46,729 bases of DNA, taken from positions 1 to 46,729 of the forward strand of contig JBFLZG010000003.1 in assembly GCA_040756235.1 (NCBI GenBank), given 5' to 3'. Both the position numbers and the translations under genes were made by a program. Source of the stretch: a bacterium. GTDB lineage: Bacteria > Desulfobacterota > DSWW01. The notes beneath the pieces are model-generated. The model was not told the origin of the DNA. It did not search any database and worked only from the letters and a program-made list of their open reading frames with translations. Numbering within the stretch: the stretch's first letter is position 1; each line of letters opens with the position of its first letter. Of the stretch, positions 28,947 to 37,088 are shown one piece after another.

Positions 28947-30260
28947 ATGCTCGAGATCGGTCAGGCTCAGGAGAAGGTGCTGGAGGAGATCTCGGTTCTG
29001 GGAACCGAGAGGATCCATATACTGGAGGCCCTGGGGCGTGTATTGGCCCATGACGTGAAAGCCAAACGTGATGTGCCGGCAGCGGACAACTCCGCCATGG
29101 ACGGGTATGCGTGCCGATACCAGGACGTGGGCGCAGCGGATGCGGAACATCCGGCCAGGCTCAAGCTGATCGGCGAAGCGCCGGCCGGTGCCCCCTTTGG
29201 GGGACGAGTGGGGTCCGGAGAAGCCACCTGGATCATGACCGGGGGATTGGTCCCCGCGGGCGCCGACACCGTGGTGATGGTTGAGGACACGACCCGGGAG
29301 GGGGCCGTGGTCACCGTGTTGACAAGACCCGCCAAGGGGGCGCACATCCGCCCGCGGGGAGAAGACGTTCGCCGGGACGAAGTCGTGCTTTTCAGCGGAG
29401 GCATCGTACGGCCCCCGGAAATTGGGATGCTGGCCACCCTGGGGCACGCGTACGTGCACGTCTATCAGCGCCCGATCGTGGCGATCGTCTCGACCGGAGA
29501 CGAGTTGGTGGACCTGGACGAACCGTTCACGGAAGGGAAGGTCGTGTGCTCGAATACGTACAGCCTGGCCGCGCAGGTCATGGAGTGCGGCGCCATTCCC
29601 CTGTCTCTGGGGACCGTCTCGGACGACGAGGCAGAACAGCGAGTCAGGATCTCCGAAGGGCTGCGGGCTGATGCCATCGTGACCTCCGGCGGCGTCTCGC
29701 TCGGCAAGTACGATCTGGTCAAGGACGCGCTCGCTCGACTGGGGATGCGCGTGAAGTTCTGGAAGGTGGCCATGAAGCCCGGCAAGCCGCTGGTTTTCGG
29801 CACCATCGGGCACAAGCCGATCTTCGGCTTGCCGGGGAACCCCACCTCGGCGATGATCTCGTTTGAACAATTCGTGCGGCCGGCGCTCCTCAAGATGATG
29901 GGCCACCGGAATTTGTTCCGGCCTCTGATCGAGGCCACACTCACCGGCGACGCTCCCAAGGAGACCTCCCGTCTCCACCTGGTGCGGTGCCAAGTCTTTG
30001 AAAAGGATGGGCAGCTCATGGCCCGCACCACGGGGACCCAGAGCTCCGGTGCGCTGCGCTCCATGGTGCTGGCCGATGGCCTGATGATCCTGGCTCCGGA
30101 GGATGCGCCGTTCACGGCAGGAAAGAAGGTGCGGGTGCAACTGCTGCACACGAACAGCCCGCTCAGCCCGTATTCCCCGTTCAGCGCTGCGGGCAAACGC
30201 AAAGGATTGCACCTGGTTTCCGGCGTGGGGAGCTCCCTGGCGGGCTCCGGAGAGGTGTGA
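28947..30260 (+). CDS. moeA: molybdopterin molybdo/tungsto-transferase MoeA
   Basis: NSAMDGYA, IMTGG..P.GAD, STGDEL, SGGVS.GKYD, MKPGKP and GLPGNP motifs. Confidence 0.93.
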   Translation: MLEIGQAQEKVLEEISVLGTERIHILEALGRVLAHDVKAKRDVPAADNSAMDGYACRYQDVGAADAEHPARLKLIGEAPAGAPFGGRVGSGEATWIMTGGLVPAGADTVVMVEDTTREGAVVTVLTRPAKGAHIRPRGEDVRRDEVVLFSGGIVRPPEIGMLATLGHAYVHVYQRPIVAIVSTGDELVDLDEPFTEGKVVCSNTYSLAAQVMECGAIPLSLGTVSDDEAEQRVRISEGLRADAIVTSGGVSLGKYDLVKDALARLGMRVKFWKVAMKPGKPLVFGTIGHKPIFGLPGNPTSAMISFEQFVRPALLKMMGHRNLFRPLIEATLTGDAPKETSRLHLVRCQVFEKDGQLMARTTGTQSSGALRSMVLADGLMILAPEDAPFTAGKKVRVQLLHTNSPLSPYSPFSAAGKRKGLHLVSGVGSSLAGSGEV

Positions 30261-30360
30261 GGTACGGCAGAGGGGTTGCGTTGACAACGTCAGCGGAGCC
30301 GGAGCACGGCGGCAAGGAACCTTGCGGTTCCGCCGGCCTCGGCCTCCGAGCTCCCCATCA

Positions 30361-31188
30361 TTATTTGCTGAGATCAACCCCGGGCTTGTCTGCCATGGGC
30401 TCGAACAGCACGCGGTTGCTCTTCCTGAAATCGCCGATCACCTTCTGGCCGCGGGGCGAGGTCAGCCAGGCTGCAAAGGTCATGGCGTCCATGTACTTCG
30501 CACCCGGGATCTTGAAGGGGCTGAGCGCGATCACCGCGTAGATATTCTCGAGCTCCGGCGCGTCTTCGAACACGGGCTTGAGGCCGCTGATCCCGGACAC
30601 GCCGTAATAGGTTGCCGTGTCGGTCAAGGTGTAAGCCTGCTTCTCCATGGCCACGCGCAGAGTCTGCGCCATGCCCTGCCCGACGTCCATGTAGTTCTTG
30701 TCCGGCGCGCCGCCGACCAGAGCCCAGAGCTCCAACTCCCGAGTGTGGGTACCGGACTTGTCCCCACGGCTGGCAAAGGCGGCGCCCGCGTCCTTGATCC
30801 GCTGCATGGCCTCCTTGCTGTTCTTGGCCTTGCCCACGCCCGCCGGATCGTTCTCCGGGCCGACGAGCATGAAATAGTTGCGTGCGATCACCCGCCGGTT
30901 CACGCCGTAGCCGTCCTCCAGGAACTTGTTCTCGAGTTTCTTGGCGTGGACGATGACGACATCCGCGTTGCCGTCCTGCGCCTGCTTCAGCGCCTGGCCG
31001 GTGCCCACCGCCACCCACTTGAGCACGATGCCGGTGTCCTTCCTGAATTCGTCGGACACCACGTCCAACAACCCGGTGGCGTCGACGCTGGTCGTGGTGG
31101 CGAGCAGGATGGACCGCTCTTCAGCGTGGGCAGCCCCGATTCCCAGAAGCAGAGCCGTCACCAGGAAAAGTCTCGCGATTGGTTTCAT
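30361..31188 (-). CDS. tupA: tungstate ABC transporter substrate-binding protein TupA
   Basis: Signal peptide, LATTTS signature, VGTGQAL, SRGDKSGTH and GQGM; ATG 31188 follows GAGGAG. Confidence 0.9.
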   Translation of the reverse strand: MKPIARLFLVTALLLGIGAAHAEERSILLATTTSVDATGLLDVVSDEFRKDTGIVLKWVAVGTGQALKQAQDGNADVVIVHAKKLENKFLEDGYGVNRRVIARNYFMLVGPENDPAGVGKAKNSKEAMQRIKDAGAAFASRGDKSGTHTRELELWALVGGAPDKNYMDVGQGMAQTLRVAMEKQAYTLTDTATYYGVSGISGLKPVFEDAPELENIYAVIALSPFKIPGAKYMDAMTFAAWLTSPRGQKVIGDFRKSNRVLFEPMADKPGVDLSK

Positions 31189-31302
31189 TGTCTTCTCCTC
31201 AATAAGCAGAGCCACCCTGGGGACCGTGGCGGACGGCATTTCGAAGGAGCTTGATCGAAGAACAGGAGTCTCCTGCGTCGCAAGGCCGACGCTCCTGTAA
31301 AA

Positions 31303-31332
31303 AGCGTAGAGGCGGACGGCGTTGCGTGTCAA
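31303..31332 (-). promoter_or_regulatory. putative tupA promoter TTGACA-18-TACGCT
   Basis: Consensus-like hexamers, divergent from the promoter at 31425. Confidence 0.45.
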
Positions 31333-31424
31333 GAATGAGCGCGCGGGAGGGTGTGGCATGAGGTCCACACCAGGCGGGCAGCAGAGCTGATTTCTCCTCG
31401 TCTGCAGAGAATTCGCGGTTAGAC

Positions 31425-31453
31425 TTGACAGAGGGTGCAATGCTGCGTACAAG
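31425..31453 (+). promoter_or_regulatory. sigma70 promoter TTGACA-17-TACAAG
   Basis: Lies directly upstream of riboswitch #4. Confidence 0.5.
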
Positions 31454-31462
31454 ACATTTTCG

Positions 31463-31567
31463 CTTTCCCGGATCGATCCCTTCCAGAGGAGGCCTGAGGC
31501 CCTACTGGGAATGGAAATTCGGTATGGTTGGAAACGGCCGTATCCCCACCTGCTCGGAAAGGAAAAG
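31463..31567 (+). promoter_or_regulatory. Moco/Wco riboswitch-like RNA #4 (more degenerate)
   Basis: TTTCCCGGATCGAT...GAATGGAAATTCGGTATGGTTGGAAACGGCCGTATCCCCACCTGCTCGGAAAGGAAAAG; paralog of #5. Confidence 0.68.
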
Positions 31568-31569
31568 CG

Positions 31570-32334
31570 ATGCCCATAGGTTCGGCCTGCCCGGGTTTTC
31601 GATTCCTCCGAAGCCTGTTTTCTGTCCTGGGAACTGCCCCGCGACCTGTTTTCGTGTTCTTCCTCCTGCTGGCCGGGCCTTTGAGCTGCCGGGCCGGCTC
31701 CGGTCCCGGTTCCCACATCTCTCTTGCTTCGCCTGAGGGCGGGACGGGAGAGATCGTGTGCCCGTGCACCGCGGACCTCGCGATCGATGAGTGGAAACCG
31801 TACGACAGCCAGAGCGGCAAGACGCGGGTTCTCCTGGCCACCAACAAGAACGTGCACCATGGGATTTCCCGCGGGCTCTTTGCCTTCAAGATTCCCGAGA
31901 CACTGGCTCCCTCGGACATCCGGAAGGCCGTCATCTACTTCTCCGGGTGCTCCCACTGCCAGACCGGCTACAGCGGCCGCGTGGGCTTTTACGCACTCAA
32001 TATCGGGTTCGACGAGGGGACGAGCACCTGGTACTCCCTGAACGGGGGCGACTGGGACGAGTCGGTCCACGCGGAAGCCGTGCTCCCGGAAGGCTCCGCC
32101 TGGAACGAGGCTGCGGACGGGCAGCCTCCTCCGGGTGCGCGGGGATTCGATATTACCCCGCTCCTGCAGAAGAACCTGGAGAAGGTACGCAAGCACGGCG
32201 TCATGATGCGCTTCGCGGACGAGCATCAGAACCCATCTATTCATCAAAGCGTCGCCTCACGGGAATCGAAGGACCCGCTGGATTTCGCGCCTTTCATCCA
32301 GATCAGTCGAAGAACGTCGCAGGCGGCTCCCTAA
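31570..32334 (+). CDS. secreted/lipoprotein with DNRLRE(CBM96)-like domain
   Basis: Hydrophobic signal ending PLSC; ADLAIDEW.P...SRGLFAF...FDEGTSTW...GGDW...FDITPLLQ...GVMMR...SRES...P pattern. Confidence 0.7.
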   Translation: MPIGSACPGFRFLRSLFSVLGTAPRPVFVFFLLLAGPLSCRAGSGPGSHISLASPEGGTGEIVCPCTADLAIDEWKPYDSQSGKTRVLLATNKNVHHGISRGLFAFKIPETLAPSDIRKAVIYFSGCSHCQTGYSGRVGFYALNIGFDEGTSTWYSLNGGDWDESVHAEAVLPEGSAWNEAADGQPPPGARGFDITPLLQKNLEKVRKHGVMMRFADEHQNPSIHQSVASRESKDPLDFAPFIQISRRTSQAAP

Positions 32335-32342
32335 GAAACCGC

Positions 32343-32372
32343 TTGACAGAGAATCACAATATCACGTATAAC
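32343..32372 (+). promoter_or_regulatory. sigma70 promoter TTGACA-18-TATAAC
   Basis: Lies directly upstream of riboswitch #5. Confidence 0.65.
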
Positions 32373-32380
32373 AATTTCAC

Positions 32381-32485
32381 TTTCTCCGATCCATCTTCTC
32401 TAAAGGGGCCTTGAGGTCCCCATGTGAGGAATGGACATTCGGTATGGCTGGAAACGGCCATGCCCCCCGTGCTCGGAAAGGAGAA
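32381..32485 (+). promoter_or_regulatory. Moco/Wco riboswitch-like RNA #5 (no P3)
   Basis: TTCTCCGATCCAT...CTCTAAAG...ATGGACATTCGGTATGGCTGGAAACGGCCATGCCCCCCGTGCTCGGAAAGGAGAA. Confidence 0.85.
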
Positions 32486-32488
32486 GTG

Positions 32489-34720
32489 ATGCCGATACGC
32501 TCGGCCTGCCCAGGCTTCCGTTCCCTCGGAAGCCTTTTTTCATCCCTGCGGACTGTCCCGGCGGCTTTTCCGTTTTTTCTTCTTTTGGGCGGACTTTGGG
32601 GCTGCGGCTGCGGGTCCGGCTCCGGCTCCGGATTCGATATTTCTCCCGCACCTCCCGAGACGAGCGAAATCGTCTGCCCGTGCACGGCCGACCTCGCGAT
32701 CGACGAGTGGAAACCGTACGAAAACCTGAGCGCGGAAACGCGGATTCTGTTGGCCACCAACAAGAACGTCCACCACGGGATTTCGCGCGGGCTCTACGCC
32801 TTTGACATCCCGGAAACGCTCGCTCCCTCGGACGTCAAGAAGGCTGCCATTTACTATTCCGGCTGCTCCCACTGCCAGGGCGGTTACAGCGGTCGCGTGG
32901 GGTTTTACGCGCTCAATATCGGATTCGATGAGGCGACGAGCACCTGGTACTCCCTCGACGGGGGCGACTGGGACGATGCGGTGCACGCCGAAGCCGTGCT
33001 CCCCGAAGGTTCCACCTGGAACGAGGCCGTGAACCGGCAACCGCCTCCGGATTTGCAGGGCTTCGATGTCACCCCCCTGTTGCAGAACAACCTGGAGAAG
33101 GTGCGTAAGTACGGGCTGATGATGCGCTTCGTGGACGAGCATCAGGAGCCGTATGTCCACCAGAACGTGGCTTCACGAGAGTCGCAGGACCTGCGGGATT
33201 TCGCACCGTTCATCAAGATCAGCACGGTGGAGAGCCCTGTACAGCTTTCGAAGGAGGGGGAGGACTTCGAGCCCTTTCAGATGCCGCCGCACTCCATCGG
33301 GTATGGGCCCTATTCCTTGAAGATCACGACCGATGCCGCGATCGTCGCCTGGGAAGAACAGGATGAGCACGGGCAGCTCCAGCACATCGAGATTCCTCTT
33401 GCCAATCTCGAGCCCGAAACGGAGTACGCCTATCTGGTCAACGGCGCCGCCGGGGCCGGCCGTTTCGTGACCCCCGCGGTGCCCGGGCCAGGGGCGGTGC
33501 AGCCCTTCAGTTTCTTTGTCGTCGGGGATACCCAGTCCGACTCGCAAGTGTCGGCCGAGCTGGCCGACGCGATGGTGGCGACCCACCCGGATGCCGCGTT
33601 CTCCCTTCACGCGGGCGATCTGGTGAGCAACGGAAACGACCTCCTCGACTGGCAGGAGCAGTGGTGGTCCCCTTTCTCAGAGTGGTTGTTGCGCTTTCCC
33701 GTGTACCCCGCGATGGGCAACCACGACCTCGATTCGCCTTACTACTTCCGCTACTTTTCCTCCCTCGGCGGCAACGGCACGAACTACTCCTTTGACTGGG
33801 GCCGGGTCCATTGCGTGGTGCTCGACTCCAACAGCGCCCATTGCGGAAGCGAAGAGCAGATGGCCTGGCTCGCACAGGATCTGGCGGAGCATGTGGGAGC
33901 GGACTTCACGGTGGTCACCCAGCACATTCCCGTCTTCTTCTCCTCCACCTCCGGCTCGAACGGCATGGCCTATCTGCAGGAGAAGCTCCTCCCGGTTTTC
34001 GAGGACAACGGGGTCGATGTGGTCTTCAGCGGCGACGTGCACGGCTACCAGCACCACCTTCACAACGGCATCCACTACGTGATTTCAGCCGGAGGAGGCG
34101 GACCGCTTTACGACTCCGGGCTCCCCATTCCCGGGATGACCCTGGCCCTGGCAAAGGCCCACCACTACCTCCATTGCCAGGTGCGGGACCGCTCCCTCGA
34201 GATCGCCGCCTGTGACGCCGAGGGAAATCTTTTCGATCGTGTTTCGTTGGTGTCGGGAGTCGCCGTCGAGGTCGCAACCTCCGTTGTGGTCGAATCGGAC
34301 AGGGAGGTGGTGCATCCCGGAGAACAAGTCGAAGTCGGGCTGTATCTGGAGGGGGTGGCGAATCTGGCGGAAGCCTCTTTTTCGATGGACTACTTCAGGA
34401 CGGAGCCCCAGGGGAGGCTCGAGGCGGTCGACGCGGATGCTCTGTCCCCGGGCGTGCAGATCCGACCCGGGGAGCTGGGCGGCACGGTTGTCTCGAACCT
34501 GGCCGAGGCGGATCCCGGGAGGCTGCAGTACGGAGAGGAGGCCATCGGAGGACTTTCCGTGCCGAGAGTGAAGGTTGCCTCGGCAACCTTTCAGGTGCCG
34601 ACCGGCGCAGGGGCGACCGCGTTCTACCTGGTGCCTGCGTTCAGGTTGCTGGATACGACCGGCAACGAGATCCCCCATTACATGGGAGGAGTGACGATCG
34701 CCGTGCAGCCGCCGCTCTGA
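32489..34720 (+). CDS. lipoprotein: DNRLRE-like + purple-acid-phosphatase-type metallophosphoesterase + cohesin-like domain
   Basis: LWGC lipobox; GDTQ, GDLV, GNHD, QHIP and GDVHGYQ motifs; C-terminal PGEQVEVGL...DADALSPGVQI...ATFQV. Confidence 0.8.
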   Translation: MPIRSACPGFRSLGSLFSSLRTVPAAFPFFLLLGGLWGCGCGSGSGSGFDISPAPPETSEIVCPCTADLAIDEWKPYENLSAETRILLATNKNVHHGISRGLYAFDIPETLAPSDVKKAAIYYSGCSHCQGGYSGRVGFYALNIGFDEATSTWYSLDGGDWDDAVHAEAVLPEGSTWNEAVNRQPPPDLQGFDVTPLLQNNLEKVRKYGLMMRFVDEHQEPYVHQNVASRESQDLRDFAPFIKISTVESPVQLSKEGEDFEPFQMPPHSIGYGPYSLKITTDAAIVAWEEQDEHGQLQHIEIPLANLEPETEYAYLVNGAAGAGRFVTPAVPGPGAVQPFSFFVVGDTQSDSQVSAELADAMVATHPDAAFSLHAGDLVSNGNDLLDWQEQWWSPFSEWLLRFPVYPAMGNHDLDSPYYFRYFSSLGGNGTNYSFDWGRVHCVVLDSNSAHCGSEEQMAWLAQDLAEHVGADFTVVTQHIPVFFSSTSGSNGMAYLQEKLLPVFEDNGVDVVFSGDVHGYQHHLHNGIHYVISAGGGGPLYDSGLPIPGMTLALAKAHHYLHCQVRDRSLEIAACDAEGNLFDRVSLVSGVAVEVATSVVVESDREVVHPGEQVEVGLYLEGVANLAEASFSMDYFRTEPQGRLEAVDADALSPGVQIRPGELGGTVVSNLAEADPGRLQYGEEAIGGLSVPRVKVASATFQVPTGAGATAFYLVPAFRLLDTTGNEIPHYMGGVTIAVQPPL
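32512..32540 (+). terminator. intrinsic terminator inside the 5' end of the CDS
   Basis: Perfect AGGCTTCCG/CGGAAGCCT stem plus T-run, 23 nt after the ATG. Confidence 0.65.
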
Positions 34721-34737
34721 CGAACCGATTGCGAATG

Positions 34738-34838
34738 CCTCTCCGAACCGCCGCTTCTAAGGACCCTGGTGTCTATGAAGGGCGGTCGATAGGGACGTTT
34801 CCGAAAGGACGATCCCCCCCGTTGCGGAAAGGAGAAGG
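34738..34838 (+). promoter_or_regulatory. Moco/Wco riboswitch-like RNA #6 (intercistronic)
   Basis: CCTCTCCGAACCGCC...TCTAAG...TATGA receptor...GGCGGT...CCGAAAGG...CCCCCCCGTTGCGGAAAGGAGAAGG. Confidence 0.75.
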
Positions 34839-34840
34839 TC

Positions 34841-35032
34841 ATGGCCGTCTGGGCCACACAGGGCCGGTCCCCTTTTTCTGCAGGGGGCCGGCTTTTCGTT
34901 TCTGCGCCGGGAAGATCCTGCGCGCTCCCCCCGGCCGGCCGATCGGTTCCTGGCAAAGGACTTTGCGATCACGGAAAGGAGGTGATACCCGCCGCGCACG
35001 TGTATCGATCCCATCGACGACGGCGACCTTGA
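34841..35032 (+). CDS. putative 63-aa leader peptide crossing a terminator
   Basis: ATG 6 nt after the riboswitch GGAG; frame stays open across the hairpin at 34863-34901. Confidence 0.35.
   Translation: MAVWATQGRSPFSAGGRLFVSAPGRSCALPPAGRSVPGKGLCDHGKEVIPAAHVYRSHRRRRP
34863..34901 (+). terminator. intrinsic terminator downstream of riboswitch #6
   Basis: GCCGGTCCCCT/AGGGGGCCGGC stem plus TTTTCGTTT. Confidence 0.65.
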
Positions 35033-35069
35033 GGAATCAATGACGACAGAGGCAAGAGAGGTCGGTGCC

Positions 35070-36980
35070 ATGAAGAAGCGAATGCTCACGACGCTGATGA
35101 CGGTTATGGTGCTGCTTGTCACGCAGCAGGCCTTTGCTGCTGTCTGGTACGTGGACGGAAACGCGGGCCCCGGTGGTGACGGAACGAGCTGGGCGACCGC
35201 TTTCACGACCGTGCAGGCCGGGATCGACGCCGCCGGCGCGACCGACGAGATCTGGGTGAAGGCGGGGACTTACCTCCTTTCCGCGACCCTCAACGTGGAC
35301 GAACAGGTCTCCCTCTACGGAGGCTTCGCCGGCACGGAAACGGCCCGTGAGGAGAGGAACTGGGCGGCCAACGTGACCACCGTTGACGGAAACGACGCTG
35401 TCCGGTGTCTGTGGGTGACGGCGGACAACGTGACCCTGGACGGCTTCGTGATCACGCGGGGGTATACGGACGGCTCCGTGGTGGTGAACGGAGCCGGCAT
35501 GCAGAACGGTTCGTTTGATGCGTCGCTCGTGAGCAACACCACGGTTGCGAACTGCACCTTTGTTGCGAACAAGTCCGGATACCATGCCGGCGCGATCTTC
35601 AACGACCTGGGCGGTCTGACGGTCCGCAACTGTGTTTTCCAGGAAAACACGGCCATGAATCGCGGCGGGGCGGTTCTGAGCTATGCAACGGGATACGCCA
35701 CGGTCATTGCGGACTGCAGGTTCCTCCAAAACACCGGGAAGAGCGGCGGCGCAGTCTATTTCACCGGGGATACGGGTCCGAACTCGATAGCGGATACCGC
35801 CTTTGTCGAGAACCATGCGTTCGTGACGGGGTCCACCAGCTGTGACGGTGCCGCGATCGTGTGCGATTCGGATACCACGATCACCGGGTGCACCTTCCAG
35901 GGCAACACGGCTGTCCGGTACGGTACGGTTGCGACTTACGGAGACGCAGGAAAGACCATAACGATCCTGAACTCGGTCTTCTCGGGGAACAGCGTTCAGT
36001 ACGGTGGAGGAGTGTGCATCAACGGATCTTCCGGAGATCTCGGGAGCGTGATCGTCTTGAACTGTACCTTCAGCGGAAACGCGGCAAGCATGAGCGGCGG
36101 AGGCATCTACAACCGGGGCAAGACTCTGGGTGTCGACAGTCTGTTCACGATCACGAACAGCGTCCTCTGGGGCGACACGGTGAATGAGATTGCGGTCGGA
36201 ACCGGTGGTGCACCCACGGTGAGCTACTCGGACGTGGACCAGGACGGCTACGAGGGAGTCAACGGGAACATTCGCTTGGCTCCGCTGTTCGTCGGGGGAG
36301 GGGACTTCCACCTGGCGGCCGGTTCTCCCTGCGTCAACGCCGGCACGGACGCCGGGGTCTATAGTGACCTGGACGGCGACACCAGACCTCTGCTCGGCGG
36401 CTTCGACATGGGGTCCGATGAGTACAGCGGGGACTGCTGGGATCTGGACAGCGACACGTACGCAGACGTGCAGTGCGGCGGGGATGACTGCGATGACGGA
36501 GAGCTGGCCGTGAACCCCGGGGCCCTCGAGGGTCCGTTCGGCGACCCGACGTGCTCGGACGGTCTGGACAACGACTGCGATGGGACGGCCGATGCTGCGG
36601 ACTTGAGCTGCGCGTTCTGCACGGACCCCGGCCAGTGCGACGACGGCGTCGCCTGCACGGAGGACACCTGTGACGAAGGCACCCAGTCCTGCGTCAACAC
36701 GCCTCAGGACAGCTTTTGCGACGATGCGAACGAATGCACGGACGATACCTGCGACGCCGTGGAAGACTGCCAGCACGCCTGCAACGCAACGGACTACAGA
36801 GATGCCTGCTGCGACGACCCGGCCTGCGCAGACGAGCCCGTCTGCAACGGCCCTGCCTGGGGACCCGGTTCCGTTGTGGGAACCCCAAGCCTCCGGTCCA
36901 ATGCACTGAATTACCTTGTCGTGCTGCTGGTGCCTTGCGCCGCGGTGCTCGTGTGGAAGGCTGCCCGCCGCAGAAGGTGA
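35070..36980 (+). CDS. surface protein: DUF1565/right-handed beta-helix repeats, MopE-like and Cys-rich repeats, C-terminal TM anchor
   Basis: Signal peptide; YVD...GDGTSW..AF.TVQ; repeated F..N.A..GG; DLDSDTY...DCDD...NPGA.E...CSDGLDNDCDG; CDDG..CT.DTC x2; TM segment plus RRRR. Confidence 0.8.
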   Translation: MKKRMLTTLMTVMVLLVTQQAFAAVWYVDGNAGPGGDGTSWATAFTTVQAGIDAAGATDEIWVKAGTYLLSATLNVDEQVSLYGGFAGTETAREERNWAANVTTVDGNDAVRCLWVTADNVTLDGFVITRGYTDGSVVVNGAGMQNGSFDASLVSNTTVANCTFVANKSGYHAGAIFNDLGGLTVRNCVFQENTAMNRGGAVLSYATGYATVIADCRFLQNTGKSGGAVYFTGDTGPNSIADTAFVENHAFVTGSTSCDGAAIVCDSDTTITGCTFQGNTAVRYGTVATYGDAGKTITILNSVFSGNSVQYGGGVCINGSSGDLGSVIVLNCTFSGNAASMSGGGIYNRGKTLGVDSLFTITNSVLWGDTVNEIAVGTGGAPTVSYSDVDQDGYEGVNGNIRLAPLFVGGGDFHLAAGSPCVNAGTDAGVYSDLDGDTRPLLGGFDMGSDEYSGDCWDLDSDTYADVQCGGDDCDDGELAVNPGALEGPFGDPTCSDGLDNDCDGTADAADLSCAFCTDPGQCDDGVACTEDTCDEGTQSCVNTPQDSFCDDANECTDDTCDAVEDCQHACNATDYRDACCDDPACADEPVCNGPAWGPGSVVGTPSLRSNALNYLVVLLVPCAAVLVWKAARRRR

Positions 36981-37088
36981 GCCGCTGGCGTGTTCTGTGG
37001 AATGAGGCGGGCCCTATGCTCTTGGGGAATAGGGTCCGCCCCTCGTTCCTCATGCTGCTGAAGGATCCTGCCTTCAAAGGAGAAAGAG

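Larger units (their letters stand above)
31425..33230 (+). repeat. tandem duplication (about 918-bp period) of promoter + riboswitch + terminator + signal peptide + DNRLRE-like domain
   Basis: 31425-~32310 aligns by eye with 32343-~33230 at both DNA and protein level. Confidence 0.9.

Noticed and set aside
31948..31962. CSHCQ as a heme c motif
   Set aside because: It lacks the His after CxxC in both copies.
31189..32247. N-terminal extension of the 628-aa ORF containing tupA
   Set aside because: It overlaps a promoter, a riboswitch and a plus-strand gene; tupA has its own SD, ATG and signal peptide at 31188.
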